Positions 43,558 to 55,133 of a DNA stretch of 64,000 nt are shown here, in pieces. How positions within the stretch are numbered: the stretch's first letter is position 1; the number at the start of each line of letters is the position of its first letter. The notes under the pieces are model-generated. The model had not been told where the DNA came from and ran no database searches. It was given only the letters and a program-made list of their open reading frames with translations. The DNA is taken from contig JAEUKZ010000077.1 in assembly GCA_016793045.1 (NCBI GenBank), positions 1,497 to 65,496 on the forward strand, in the 5' to 3' direction. A program made the position numbers and the translations under genes. This DNA is from Alphaproteobacteria bacterium. GTDB taxonomy: Bacteria; Pseudomonadota; Alphaproteobacteria; CACIAM-22H2.

Positions 43558-46500
43558 TCACCCCGTGCGGAGATCGAGTGTAAGGGGCATTTCCCGGGTT
43601 GCAACCCTCGCCGGCGCGGGCCTGGGGCCCGGGGTATGGCCGATGGCGAAAAATCGCGCCCGTCGCCGTGCCTCGGCCTCGTTGGCGTTGACCGGGAAGC
43701 GGTCGAAGTTGCGCCCGCCGGGATGTGAGACGTGATAGGTGCAGCCAGCGAGGGAGCGGCCGCTCCACGAATCGAAGACGTCGAAGACCAACGGCGTGTG
43801 GACGGGCACCGTCGGGTGGAGCGCATTGGGAGGCGCCCAGGCCTTGAAACGGACGCCGGCGACATATTCGCCGGCGACGCCGGTGGCACGCATCGGCACG
43901 GCGCGTCCGTTGCACGCAATCACAAAGCGCTCGTCGGTGAAGCCGTTCATCTTGACCTGGAGACGTTCGACGGAGGAATCGACGAACCGCACGGTGCCGC
44001 CCGCAGACGAGTCCTCGCCCAGGACATGCCATGGCTCCAGCGCGTGCCGCAGCTCGAGCTCCATGCCGCGGCACGCGATCGCGCCGATCTGAGGGAAGCG
44101 GAACTCGTGATGCGGTGCGAACCAGGCCGGATCGATCGGATAGCCTGACCGGCGCACGTCGTCGATGACGTCGGCGAAATCCTGGGCGCAGAAATGCGGC
44201 AGCAGGAATTCGTCATGCAGCCGCGTCCCCCAGCGCACCGCCGCACGATCATATGGCTCGCGCCAAAATGCGGCGATGAGGCTGCGCAGCAGGAGCTGCT
44301 GCGCCAGGCTCATTCGCGCGTGCGGCGGCATTTCGAACGCACGCAGCTCGAGCAGGCCGAGGCGCCCGCTTGGCCCGTCCGGCGAATAGAGCTTGTCGAT
44401 GCAGAACTCGGTGCGGTGGGTATTGCCCGTGACGTCGATCAGGACGTTGCGGAATATGCGGTCGACGATCCAGGGCGGCGGCTCCTTCGCCGCGGCGATC
44501 GCACGAAATGCGATGTCGAGTTCGAGCAGCGCGTCATCGCGCGCCTCGTCGACGCGCGGATGCTGGCTGGTGGGCCCGATGAACAGGCCCGAGAACAGAT
44601 ACGACAGCGACGGATGGTTCTGCCAGTAGGCGATCAGGCTGCGCAAAAGGTCGGGACGGCGCAGCAGCGGGCTGTCGGCCGCCGCCGCCGCGCCGAGCAC
44701 GAAGTGGTTACCGCCGCCGGTCCCGACATGGCGGCCGTCGAGCATGAACTTCTCGGTCGCAAGCCGCGCCGAACGCGCCTCGTCGTACAGTACGGTCGTC
44801 CGCTCGACGAGCTGGTCCCAGGACTCGGCAGGGTGGATGTTCACCTCGATGACGCCGGGATCGGGCGTGACGCTGAAATGCTGCAGGCGCGGATCGCGCG
44901 GCGGCGGATACCCCTCGATGACAACCGGACGGCCGAGCGAGTCGGCGGTGTCTTCGATCGCGGCGACGAGATCGAGATAGTCCTCGGTCTCCGCGAGCGG
45001 CGGCATGAAGACATAGAGGAGTCCGCCGCGCGGCTCGACGCAGAGCGCCATACGCACCACCCATGCCGCCGATTGCTGGGCGCCAGGAACCGGCGGCAGC
45101 GGTGGACGCGCGCCCTCGACCGACCGCAGGCCGCGCGCGCCGTGCGCGCTGCCATCGCGCGTTCGGCCGCGCATCCCCTCGGCGACGGCGAGGTAGGGCT
45201 GACGCATCTCGTCGAGCCGCAGCAGCGGACCGCGCACCTCAAATGGATCGACCTCGACCTGGTAGGGATAGTCGCGCTCGCTGACCCAGGGAAGGCTGTC
45301 GAGCGGCAGCCGCAGTCCCATCGGCGAGTCGCCCGGCAACAGGAACATCCTCTCCGGCCGCAGGAACCACGGGCCGGACACCCAGCGCCGCGCCGTGCCT
45401 GCCGCATCGCGCCGCAATGGCAGTGCATAGCCGATGACGGACTCGAGCCCCTGTTCGAAGATGCGCGCCAGCCGCGCGCGCTCCTCGGGCTCGGCGAGAT
45501 TCGACTGCAGCGGATCGACGTTCACCGGCAGGCGGCGCTCCCGCCACAGGTAGTACCAGACGTCCTCGTAGGCCGGAACGCGGAAGGCCGGATCGACCTG
45601 AAGGCGCTCGGCGAGTGCGGCGGCGAATTCATCGGCGTGCGCCGCAGTGGCACTGCCGCGATCCTCGTCGGAGGCGAGCAGCGCGCGATTGCGCCAGATC
45701 GGTTCCCCATCGCGACGCCAATGGCAGGACAGCGCCCAGCGCGGCAAGGACTCGCCCGGGTACCACTTGCCCTGCCCGTAGTGCAGCAAGGCGCCCGACG
45801 TGAAACGGTCGGCGAGCCGACGCAGCAGAATGCCGGCGCGCCGCCGCTTCGTCGGCCCAAGTGCCGCCGTGTTCCATTCGGCCCCGTCGACGTCGTCGAC
45901 CGATACGAATGTCGGCTCTCCGCCCATCGTCAGCCGCACGTCGGACGCCTGAAGATCCGCGTCGACCGCGCGGCCAGCGGCAAGGATCGCCGCCCATTGC
46001 TCCTCGGTATATGGCTTGGTCACTCGCGGCGTTTCGCGGATCCGCGCAACCTTCATGTCGAAGCCGAATTCGACCTCGGCCTTCTCGACGAGGCCGGAGA
46101 TCGGCGCGGCGCTGCTCGGCTCGGGCGTTGCGGCTAGCGGGATGTGCCCTTCGCCGGCCATCAGCCCGGAGGTCGGGTCGAGCCCAATCCAGCCCGCGCC
46201 GGGAAGATAGACCTCGCACCATGCATGCAGGTCGGTGAAGTCGTGCGCTGGGCCGGACGGTCCGTCGAGGGCCTTCTGATCGGCGGTCAGCTGAATCAGG
46301 TAGCCGGAGACGAAACGGGCGGCGAAACCAAGGTTGCGCAACAGCTGCACCATCAGCCAGCCGCTGTCACGGCACGACCCGCTCTTGAGCGCCAGCGTCT
46401 CTTCGGGCGACTGGACGCCCGGCTCCATCCTGATCAGGTAGCGGACATCGCGCGACAGGCGCTGGTTGATCTCGACCAGGACATCGATCGTGCGCCTGCG

Positions 46501-46911
46501 CGTGCGATCGACCGAGGCGATCAGTGCCGCGAACAGCGGACCGGCCGGTTCGATCCTGCGGAACGGCGCGATCTCCTGGGCAAGGCCCGGGTCGTATTCA
46601 AACGGCCAGGTCTCGGCCTCGGGCTCGAGGAAGAAGTCGAAGGGATTGATCACCGCCATGTCGGCGACGAGATCGACCCTCACCTCGAAGTGGCGCGTCT
46701 TCTCTGGAAACACGAGCCGCGCAAGGAAGTTTCCCTGCGGATCCTGCTGCCAATTGAGAAAGTGCTGCTTCGGCTCGATGGTCAGCGAATAGGACAGGAT
46801 CGGCGTGCGTGCATGCGGCGCGGGCCGCAGGCGGACCATCTGCGGGCCGAGGCTGATCAGCCGATCATAGCGGTAGCTCGTGCGATGCTGGAGCGCGACG
46901 TGGATGCTCAT
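43558..46911 (-). CDS. large transglutaminase family protein (N-terminal TGase-like domains plus C-terminal DUF2126-like region), 1117 aa
   Basis: MSIHVALQHRTSYRYDRLI N-terminus. SGSCRDSGWLMVQLLRNLG (TGase core Cys). Long conserved C-terminal extension. AGGGG SD. Confidence 0.88.
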   Translation of the reverse strand: MSIHVALQHRTSYRYDRLISLGPQMVRLRPAPHARTPILSYSLTIEPKQHFLNWQQDPQGNFLARLVFPEKTRHFEVRVDLVADMAVINPFDFFLEPEAETWPFEYDPGLAQEIAPFRRIEPAGPLFAALIASVDRTRRRTIDVLVEINQRLSRDVRYLIRMEPGVQSPEETLALKSGSCRDSGWLMVQLLRNLGFAARFVSGYLIQLTADQKALDGPSGPAHDFTDLHAWCEVYLPGAGWIGLDPTSGLMAGEGHIPLAATPEPSSAAPISGLVEKAEVEFGFDMKVARIRETPRVTKPYTEEQWAAILAAGRAVDADLQASDVRLTMGGEPTFVSVDDVDGAEWNTAALGPTKRRRAGILLRRLADRFTSGALLHYGQGKWYPGESLPRWALSCHWRRDGEPIWRNRALLASDEDRGSATAAHADEFAAALAERLQVDPAFRVPAYEDVWYYLWRERRLPVNVDPLQSNLAEPEERARLARIFEQGLESVIGYALPLRRDAAGTARRWVSGPWFLRPERMFLLPGDSPMGLRLPLDSLPWVSERDYPYQVEVDPFEVRGPLLRLDEMRQPYLAVAEGMRGRTRDGSAHGARGLRSVEGARPPLPPVPGAQQSAAWVVRMALCVEPRGGLLYVFMPPLAETEDYLDLVAAIEDTADSLGRPVVIEGYPPPRDPRLQHFSVTPDPGVIEVNIHPAESWDQLVERTTVLYDEARSARLATEKFMLDGRHVGTGGGNHFVLGAAAAADSPLLRRPDLLRSLIAYWQNHPSLSYLFSGLFIGPTSQHPRVDEARDDALLELDIAFRAIAAAKEPPPWIVDRIFRNVLIDVTGNTHRTEFCIDKLYSPDGPSGRLGLLELRAFEMPPHARMSLAQQLLLRSLIAAFWREPYDRAAVRWGTRLHDEFLLPHFCAQDFADVIDDVRRSGYPIDPAWFAPHHEFRFPQIGAIACRGMELELRHALEPWHVLGEDSSAGGTVRFVDSSVERLQVKMNGFTDERFVIACNGRAVPMRATGVAGEYVAGVRFKAWAPPNALHPTVPVHTPLVFDVFDSWSGRSLAGCTYHVSHPGGRNFDRFPVNANEAEARRRARFFAIGHTPGPRPAPARVATREMPLTLDLRTG

Positions 46912-47026
46912 CGGTTGACCCCTGCAGTTTCCGCCCTGCGCCGAATGACGCTCCGAACCGCCGCATGTCGATGCGTGGCTGAGATCCGCCTGCCCTTACG
47001 CGCCTTTGGCTTGCAAGTCAGATGCC

Positions 47027-47060
47027 AAAAAAGCGCCGAGGCGGCGGCCGCAGCGCCATG
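47027..47060 (-). terminator. possible intrinsic terminator after the SBP gene (GC-rich imperfect stem plus T6 on the minus strand)
   Basis: The minus strand reads GGCGCTGCGGCCGCCGCCTCGGCGCTTTTTTGG and begins 4 nt after the SBP stop at 47064. The stem is imperfect. Confidence 0.25.
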
Positions 47061-47063
47061 CCG

Positions 47064-48611
47064 TCACCGGATCGATGTCGCTTCGGTGATCGGCGGGGCC
47101 AGATTGAGCGATCCATCCAGCTGATAACCCAGATCCAGTGCATCGCGCCGGACCCAGACCTGGAGCAGATCATAGAGCGGCACCGAACAGACCTGCGTCA
47201 TGATCCTGCGCTGCGCATCGGCCCACAGGGCCAGCTGGCGTTCGCGGTTCGGCTCCGCGCGCGCGGCATCGATCTCCGCATCCGCCACGTCGCAATGCGC
47301 GAAGTTGAGCGCGGCGGTCGGCGTGCCGATCCGCGAACGCGAGTGGTAGAACTGCGTCAGGTAGCTGTCGGCAATGGGAAAGCGGGCCGCGCCGTAGAAC
47401 GTGAGCGCGCTGAGATCCTGGCGTATCTTCGCATGATAGGTCGAGTGGTCGACGACCTCCATCTCCAGGTTGATGCCGACGCGCCGGAGTTGCGCCTGGA
47501 CCTGCTCCATGATCGGCAGCTGCGCCGAGATGTTGGAGACGACCGCGCGGATCGTGAAGCCGTTCGGATGGCCGGCCTCCGCGAGCAGCGCGCGCGCGCG
47601 CGCGAGGTCGGGCGCATAACGCGGCACTTCGGGAGTCTCGCCGAGATAGCCCTGCGGTACGACCGAGCGTCCTGGAACAACGACGTCGGCGCCGACGAAG
47701 CGGACGATTGCGTTGACGTCGATCGCATGCGCGATCGCACGGCGCACGCGGACGTCGTCGAGCGGGCGCATCCGCGTGTTGATCAGCAGCGTTCGGAACT
47801 CGCCCGGCCGGAAGACGTCGACGACGACGCCGCGCTGGCTGCGCATCCGTTCGACCCAGCGCTGCTCGCGCCGGCCGGCGAACAGGTCGATCTCGCCCGA
47901 CGTGAAGGCAAGTTCGCGCGTCGCATCGGACGTGATGTAGCGCACCTCGATCCGCGGAACGCGCGGCGCCCCCCGAAAATACTCGCGATGCGCCACCAGG
48001 GTCGTGACCGTCTGCGGCCGGTATTCACCGAACGCGAACGGGCCCGTCCCAATCGGGCGACGTCGGAAGTCGTCGCCCATCTCCTCTGCTGCGCGGCGGC
48101 TGATGATCAGTCCGCCATGATAGTCCGACACGAGGCCGAGCAGGCTCGGGACGGTGTTGGCGAGAGTGATCCGCACCGTGTAGGGATCGACCGCATCGAC
48201 CGTGCGAAAATCCGTGAAGTCGCTCGCGAAGGATGATCGCCGCGTATCGGCGGCGCGGCGCAGCGAGAACACCACGTCATCGGCCGTCAGCTCGCCATAC
48301 CCGTGGTGGAACTTCACGCCGCGCCGGAGGTGGAACGTCCAGACCAGACCGTCAGGCGAACTTTCCCACCGCTCGGCGAGGTCGGCTTCGAGCCGCGCGG
48401 GGTCCGCCGATCCGGGCGGGAACCGTACGAGGCCGTTGAACATCCAGCCGAACAGCGCCACATCCTGCGACGCCGACGAACGATGCGGATCGAGATTGCC
48501 GGCATCTCCCGCCGGCACCGCAACGCGCAATGGCCGCTCCTGGGCGCCAGCCGGACCTGACGAGATAAGGAATGCGGTCAGCATGACCGCAACTACGAAA
48601 CGAAGTCGCAT
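47064..48611 (-). CDS. ABC transporter substrate-binding protein, family 5 (peptide/opine/nickel type); paralog of the SBP at 57998
   Basis: 515 aa from MRLRFVVAVMLTAFLISSGPAGAQE. Shares GWMFNGLVRF, LAERWESSPDG, VPSLLGLV and PIGTGPF blocks with the 57998 SBP. Confidence 0.85.
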   Translation of the reverse strand: MRLRFVVAVMLTAFLISSGPAGAQERPLRVAVPAGDAGNLDPHRSSASQDVALFGWMFNGLVRFPPGSADPARLEADLAERWESSPDGLVWTFHLRRGVKFHHGYGELTADDVVFSLRRAADTRRSSFASDFTDFRTVDAVDPYTVRITLANTVPSLLGLVSDYHGGLIISRRAAEEMGDDFRRRPIGTGPFAFGEYRPQTVTTLVAHREYFRGAPRVPRIEVRYITSDATRELAFTSGEIDLFAGRREQRWVERMRSQRGVVVDVFRPGEFRTLLINTRMRPLDDVRVRRAIAHAIDVNAIVRFVGADVVVPGRSVVPQGYLGETPEVPRYAPDLARARALLAEAGHPNGFTIRAVVSNISAQLPIMEQVQAQLRRVGINLEMEVVDHSTYHAKIRQDLSALTFYGAARFPIADSYLTQFYHSRSRIGTPTAALNFAHCDVADAEIDAARAEPNRERQLALWADAQRRIMTQVCSVPLYDLLQVWVRRDALDLGYQLDGSLNLAPPITEATSIR

Positions 48612-48671
48612 GGCACCCCCGCACGGTTTGGCTTTGAATTCTGCGCCAGCGGACTGCATCCTAGCAATCGA

Positions 48672-49838
48672 ATGTCGGAGCCCACATCCGTGAGCGATAC
48701 AAGTCGCGACAAAGTAACCGAAGCGGGCGTCGCCGTGATCGGCGGCGGCATGGTCGGCAGCGCTCTTGCCTATGGCCTCGCGAAGCGCGGGGCGAACGTC
48801 GTACTGCTCGACGAAGGCGACATCGCCTATCGCGCCGCACGCGGAAACTTCGGGCTAGTCTGGACGCAGAGCAAGGGCGACGGCATGCCGGCCTATGCGG
48901 CGTGGAGTCTCGCCAGTGCCGCCGCTTGGCCGGATTTCGCCGAGGCGATGGCAAGCGCTGCGGGCCGCTCGATCGGATACGAACAGCGCGGTGGACTGGT
49001 GTTCTGCGTCGGCGACGCCGAACGCGACCAGCGTGCAGCGCAGCTGCGCCGCCTGCACAATCAGCGCGACGATGCCGCTCCCGTCGCAACGATGCTCGAT
49101 CGCAAGGCTCTGCACGATCTGATGCCGCGCACGCCGCTTGGCCCGCAGGTCGTGGCGGCGTCCTACGCGCCAGGCGACGGTCACGTGAACCCGCTCTACC
49201 TGCTGCGCGGCCTGCATGCCGCCATCCGTCGGCACGGCGGGCGTCACGCGCCCGGCGCCGCTGTGACGCAGATCGTCCCGACCGGCGGCGGGTTCACGCT
49301 GACGCGCGCCGACGGCGCGATGCTGCGCGCCGACAGGATCGTGATCGCCGCCGGCGTCGCGACCACGAGACTTGCCGCGATGGTCGACATCGCCGCACCG
49401 GTGCGCCCGCAGCGCGGCCAGATCATGGTCACCGAGCGCCTTGCGCCGCTCCTGCCGCTGCCGGCCAGTGCGCTGCGTCAGAGCGCAGAAGGCTCCGTGA
49501 TGATAGGCGTATCGGTCGAGGAGGTCGGGCTCGACACCGGCACCACGGTCAAGGAACTCGCCCGCATGGCCGCACGCGCCCTGACCGTGCTGCCGGTGCT
49601 TGCCGAAGCGCGCATGACCCGGGCCTGGGGCGCGCTGCGCCCGATGACTCCCGATGGTTTTCCGGCCTATGCCCAGTCCTCGACATATCCAGGCGCCTTT
49701 GTCGCGACCTGCCATTCCGGCGTCACACTCGCGGCGATCCATGCCGAAGCGCTGGCGCCCGCGATCCTCGCCGGCCGCCTGCCGGACGGTTTCGAACCCT
49801 TTCACCCGAGACGCTTCGATGTTCGCACGGCCGCATAG
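48672..49838 (+). CDS. FAD-dependent oxidoreductase (DadA/HcnC/opine-oxidase subunit B/sarcosine-oxidase beta-like)
   Basis: VAVIGGGMVGSALAYGLAKRGANVVLLDEG dinucleotide fold. 388 aa. Confidence 0.85.
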   Translation: MSEPTSVSDTSRDKVTEAGVAVIGGGMVGSALAYGLAKRGANVVLLDEGDIAYRAARGNFGLVWTQSKGDGMPAYAAWSLASAAAWPDFAEAMASAAGRSIGYEQRGGLVFCVGDAERDQRAAQLRRLHNQRDDAAPVATMLDRKALHDLMPRTPLGPQVVAASYAPGDGHVNPLYLLRGLHAAIRRHGGRHAPGAAVTQIVPTGGGFTLTRADGAMLRADRIVIAAGVATTRLAAMVDIAAPVRPQRGQIMVTERLAPLLPLPASALRQSAEGSVMIGVSVEEVGLDTGTTVKELARMAARALTVLPVLAEARMTRAWGALRPMTPDGFPAYAQSSTYPGAFVATCHSGVTLAAIHAEALAPAILAGRLPDGFEPFHPRRFDVRTAA

Positions 49839-50130
49839 CGATACGCCGCACCTCACCATCACCGTCGATGGCCAACCGGTCGGTGCACGCGAAGGCGACA
49901 GTGTCGCCGCAGCACTGCTCGCCGCCGGCGTCGTCGCGATGCGGTCGACCCCCGTCTCGCAGAGCAAGCGCGGGCCCTATTGCATGATGGGCGTCTGTTT
50001 CGACTGCCTCATGATCATCGACGGCGTACCAAGCCGGCAGGCCTGCATGGTGAGCGTGCGCGACGGCATGCGGATCGAGCGCCAGCGTGGCCCGCGTCCG
50101 CTCGAGGTCGATACGGAGGACTCGCCGTGA
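49819..50130 (+). CDS. (2Fe-2S)-binding small subunit (HcnA/opine-oxidase subunit C-like)
   Basis: 103 aa, MFARPHSDTPHLTITVDGQPVGAREGDSVAAALLAAG...CMMGVCFDC. Overlaps the previous gene by 20 nt. Confidence 0.7.
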   Translation: MFARPHSDTPHLTITVDGQPVGAREGDSVAAALLAAGVVAMRSTPVSQSKRGPYCMMGVCFDCLMIIDGVPSRQACMVSVRDGMRIERQRGPRPLEVDTEDSP

Positions 50131-51560
50131 GCGCCGAGCGCATCGCAACCGACGTGCCGGCGCGCGCCGACATCGTCGTCATCGGCGGCGGGCCCGCCGG
50201 GCTGGCTGCCGCGACCGAGGCTGCGCGGCGCGGGGCGGCGGTCGTCCTGCTCGACGAGCAGCCGGCGCTTGGCGGCCAGGTCTATCGCGCCGTCGAGGCC
50301 AATCGCGCCCGCGGCAAGACCCTCGACGCCGACTATGCCGAAGGCGGGAGGCTCGTCGACGCGTTCCGCGCGTCGGGCGCGCTTGCGATCCACGAGGCGA
50401 GCGTGTGGCTGGTCGAACCCGACGGCACCGTCGGCTTCAGTCGCGCCGGAGCGGCGACGCTGATGAAGGCCGAACGCGTGATCGTCGCCACCGGGGCCGT
50501 CGAGCGTGCGATGCCGATCCCCGGCTGGACGCTGCCGGGGGTCATGACCGTCGGCGCCGCGCAGATCCTGCTCAAGACGGCCGGCCTGGTGCCGCAGGGC
50601 CGCGTCTGGATCGCCGGTAGCGGGCCCTTGCTGCGACTCTATGCGGTGCAGGCACTCGCGGCGGGCGGGCAGCTTGCCGGCATCATCGACACGACTCCGC
50701 CGGGCAATCGGCGTGCGGCCTTGCGCCATATGGGCGGCGCAATGGGCGCGCTCGGCGAACTGCGCAAGGGCCTCGCCTGGACGCAGGCAATCAGGCAGGC
50801 GGGTGTGCCATGGATCACCGGCGCGCACGATCTGCGGGCGGAGGCCGACGACGACGGTGCGCTCGGTACGATCTCGTTCACCGCCGACGGCGCGCGGCGC
50901 AGCGAACCAGCGGATACGTTGCTCCTGCACAACGGCGTTGTGCCGAACGTGCAGATCACGCGCGCACTCGACATTGAACACGATTGGAATCAGACGCAGC
51001 GCGCATTCCGGCCGCGCTGCGACGCCTGGGGATCGACGTCGGTGCCGGCAGTGATGATCGCAGGCGACGGCGCCGGCATTGTCGGCGCCGCCGCATCGGC
51101 GATCGCCGGGCGGCTTGCGGCGCTCGAGTCCCTGCGCGCGCTCGGCAGACTCGACCAGGCAGCGCGTGATGACGCCGCCGCTCCGCTGCGGCGCGCCCTC
51201 GCGCGAGCGTTGGCGATCAGGCCGTTCCTCGATGCGCTGTTTGCCCCGTCGCCGGAGTACCTCGTACCGGCCGGGGAGACGATCGTTTGCCGTTGCGAAG
51301 AAGTGACTGCAAGCGCGCTGCGCCAGGCCGTGTCGCTCGGCTGCCTCGGACCGAACCAGCTCAAGTCGTTCACGCGCTGCGGCATGGGCCCATGCCAAGG
51401 CCGGATTTGCGGCCTGACCGTCGCGGAAGTCATCGCGTCGGCACGCGGCGCATCGGTCGCCGATGTCGGCTACTATCGGCTGCGCTTTCCGATCAAGCCG
51501 CTGACGCTTGGCGAGTTGGCGGCGGTGCACGCGCCGGCAGACCCGACCGCGCCGCGATGA
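50127..51560 (+). CDS. NAD(P)/FAD-dependent oxidoreductase with C-terminal BFD-like [2Fe-2S] domain (HcnB/opine-oxidase subunit A-like)
   Basis: GTG start is preceded by GGAGGA and overlaps the stop (GTGA). IVVIGGGPAGLAAA. C-terminal CRCEEVT...CGMGPCQGRICG. Confidence 0.85.
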   Translation: MSAERIATDVPARADIVVIGGGPAGLAAATEAARRGAAVVLLDEQPALGGQVYRAVEANRARGKTLDADYAEGGRLVDAFRASGALAIHEASVWLVEPDGTVGFSRAGAATLMKAERVIVATGAVERAMPIPGWTLPGVMTVGAAQILLKTAGLVPQGRVWIAGSGPLLRLYAVQALAAGGQLAGIIDTTPPGNRRAALRHMGGAMGALGELRKGLAWTQAIRQAGVPWITGAHDLRAEADDDGALGTISFTADGARRSEPADTLLLHNGVVPNVQITRALDIEHDWNQTQRAFRPRCDAWGSTSVPAVMIAGDGAGIVGAAASAIAGRLAALESLRALGRLDQAARDDAAAPLRRALARALAIRPFLDALFAPSPEYLVPAGETIVCRCEEVTASALRQAVSLGCLGPNQLKSFTRCGMGPCQGRICGLTVAEVIASARGASVADVGYYRLRFPIKPLTLGELAAVHAPADPTAPR

Positions 51561-52684
51561 GCGCAGCCGGCTACGACGCGATCGTCATCGGCGGCGGTCT
51601 TCACGGCCTGTCGGTCGCCCTTCATCTGGCTCGTCGCCGCAAGCGTGTGATCGTCCTGGAACGGCGCTACGCCGGACGACATTCGTCGGGGATCAACGCC
51701 GGCGGCGTGCGGCGCCTCGGCCGCGACATCCGCGAAATCGCACTCTCCGTCATCGCCATGGAGATGTGGCACTCGATCGAGTCACTGGTCGGCGACGACT
51801 GCGGCTTCGTCGCCGGCGGCCAGGTCAAGGTCGCCGAGAGCGACGCCGACATGGCGAAGCTCGCCCGCCGCGAAGCGGAAGTGCGCGCGCTCGGCTACGA
51901 TCACGAGGAGCTCGTCGACCAGGCCGAACTGCGGCGTATCGTGCCGGCGATTGCCGAGCACTGCGTCGGCGCGCTGGTCTCGCGCACCGACGGCGCCGCC
52001 GACCCCTACCGCACGACGACGGCCTTCCGCCGGGCGGCGGTCGCCGCCGGCGCTGAAATTCGCGAGGATGACGGCGTGACCGGCCTCGAACGCGCTAACG
52101 ATCTCTGGCAGGTTACCTGCGCATCCGGGACGATCGAAGCGCCGGCCGTCGTCAATTGCGCCGGTGCCTGGGCGACTCGCATCGCCGCGATGGTCGGCGA
52201 GACCATTCCCTGCGGCGTCAAGGCGAGCATGATGATCGTGACCGAGCGGATGCCGACCTTCGTCGAGCCGACCGTCGGCGCGACAAGCCGGTCGCTGTCG
52301 TTCAAGCAGACCGCCGCGGGCACCGTCGTCATCGGCGGCGGGCATCAGGGCCGATGCGACGTCGCCGCCGAGCGGTCGGTCGTCGACTTCGGCAACCTGG
52401 CGCACGCGGCCCGCATCGCCACCGAGCTGTTTCCGGTCATGCGCGGCGTCCGGATCGTCCGTACGTGGTGCGGCATAGAGGCGCGGACCGCCGACGAGAT
52501 CCCTTTCATCGGGCCGAGCGCTGTCGCGCCGGGCCTGTTCCACTCGTTCGGCTATTCGGGCCACGGTTTCCAACTGGCGCCCGCAGCCGGCGCGGCGCTC
52601 GCCGGCCTCATCGCAACGGGCTCGACAAACCTGCCGATCGCGCCCTTTGGCGTCACGCGCACCAGCGCGGCCGCCGTGCGGTAG
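51557..52684 (+). CDS. FAD-dependent oxidoreductase (HcnC/opine-oxidase subunit B-like), second copy
   Basis: MSAAGYDAIVIGGGLHGLSVALHLARR. ATGA overlap. Confidence 0.85.
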   Translation: MSAAGYDAIVIGGGLHGLSVALHLARRRKRVIVLERRYAGRHSSGINAGGVRRLGRDIREIALSVIAMEMWHSIESLVGDDCGFVAGGQVKVAESDADMAKLARREAEVRALGYDHEELVDQAELRRIVPAIAEHCVGALVSRTDGAADPYRTTTAFRRAAVAAGAEIREDDGVTGLERANDLWQVTCASGTIEAPAVVNCAGAWATRIAAMVGETIPCGVKASMMIVTERMPTFVEPTVGATSRSLSFKQTAAGTVVIGGGHQGRCDVAAERSVVDFGNLAHAARIATELFPVMRGVRIVRTWCGIEARTADEIPFIGPSAVAPGLFHSFGYSGHGFQLAPAAGAALAGLIATGSTNLPIAPFGVTRTSAAAVR

Positions 52685-52768
52685 CACACGCCCGCCGCTC
52701 TGCTGCGGTGCAGTGAAAATTTCAGCTTGGTGGAATCAGCGAGCGGGGCTTATCGTCACGCGTTGGTC

Positions 52769-53406
52769 ATGGCTGCCCCCCGCCCCCATTCCGCCGGCCT
52801 GCTGTCGCGAACCGTTCACCTGCGCGCAGCCCACCCCGCCGATATCTGGCTCGGCGAGCGGCTGCGTCGCCGCCGCAAGGAGCGCGGCCTGTCGTTGACC
52901 GAGGTGGCGCGGCGCAGCGGGCTCTCCATCGGCCTCATCAGCCAGGTCGAGCGCGGAATTTCCGCGCCGTCCGCGCGCGCACTGCGTGCCATGTCGAAGG
53001 CGCTCGGTCTGTCGAGCAAGGCCCTGCTGGCCTATGCGGAGTCGCCCGTCGCGACGGAGCGCGGGCTCGTGACACGCGCCGGCCGCCACCGTCGTATCGA
53101 CGCACCGGAAAAAGGCATCCGCAAGGAGGCGCTGACCCCCGAACCCTCGCAGGGCGTGAACGTGTATCGCGCCGAGATCGCGCCGGGCGGTTCGTCGGGC
53201 GAGACGCTGTTCACGATCGATCGTGGCGAGCAGGTCGGCGTCGTCTTGCGCGGCCGCCTCGAGCTCTGGATCGAAGAGAAGGTCTTCGTCCTCAAGGCCG
53301 GCGACAGCTTCCGCTACCACAGCAAGCAGGGCCATCGCTGGCGCAACCCCGGCACCGACGAGGCCGAGGTGATCTGGGTCGTCGCCGCCGGGACCGGCGG
53401 TACGTC

Positions 53407-53410
<4 letters not shown>
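52769..53410 (+). CDS. XRE-family transcriptional regulator with C-terminal cupin domain
   Basis: HTH LGERLRRRRKERGLSLTEVARRSGLSIGLISQVERG plus a cupin domain (GETLFTIDRGEQVGVVLRGRLELWI). ATG at 52769. The track's outer start is a TTG. Confidence 0.75.
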
Positions 53411-54417
<1,007 letters not shown>

Positions 54418-54425
54418 GAGCGCCG

Positions 54426-55133
54426 ATGCTGTCGCCCCACGGACGCGTGGTCATGATCTCGGGCGCAAGCCGCGGCATCGGCCGCGCGATCGCCGAACGT
54501 CTGCTCGCGAGCGGATTCACGGTGAGTGCGGGCGTGCGCCAGCCGGGGGCCTTCGCGATCCCCGGCGTCGACCCGGCAAGGCTGCTCGTCCATCGCTACG
54601 ACGCCAAGGATCGTGCCGCCGCGCCGGCGTGGGTCGCGGCGACCGCCGAGCGCTTCGGCCGCATCGACGGGCTCGTCAACGCCGCCGGCATCAACACGAT
54701 GACCAAGGTGATCGACGAGGACGAAGGCCCGCTCGACGAGATCTGGGAGGTCAACGTCAAGGGCCCGCTGCGCGTCATCCGCGCCGCCCTGCCGCATCTC
54801 GAGGCGAGCGGCACCGGCCGCGTCATCAATGTGTCGTCGCTGTCGGGCAAGCGCGTACGCAACCCCAACAACGGCTACGCGATGACCAAGTTCGCGCTGG
54901 TGGCCCTTACCCATTCGGTGCGCCAGCTCGGCTGGGACAAGGGCGTGCGCGCGACCGCGGTGTGCCCGAGTTTCGTGAGCACCGACATGAGCGGTCCCAG
55001 CCCGAAGATCCCGCGCGACCAGATGACCCAGCCGGAGGACCTCGCGGTCCTCGTCGAGACGCTGCTGCAGCTCCCCAACACCGCGCAGATCGCCGAACTG
55101 CTGGTCAACTGCCGGCTCGAGGACATGCTGTGA
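54426..55133 (+). CDS. SDR family oxidoreductase
   Basis: [41 protein letters not shown] lies 5 nt upstream. Confidence 0.85.
   Translation: MLSPHGRVVMISGASRGIGRAIAERLLASGFTVSAGVRQPGAFAIPGVDPARLLVHRYDAKDRAAAPAWVAATAERFGRIDGLVNAAGINTMTKVIDEDEGPLDEIWEVNVKGPLRVIRAALPHLEASGTGRVINVSSLSGKRVRNPNNGYAMTKFALVALTHSVRQLGWDKGVRATAVCPSFVSTDMSGPSPKIPRDQMTQPEDLAVLVETLLQLPNTAQIAELLVNCRLEDML

Noticed and set aside
44194-46137. 647-aa plus-strand ORF
   Set aside because: Antisense shadow of the 1117-aa transglutaminase gene.
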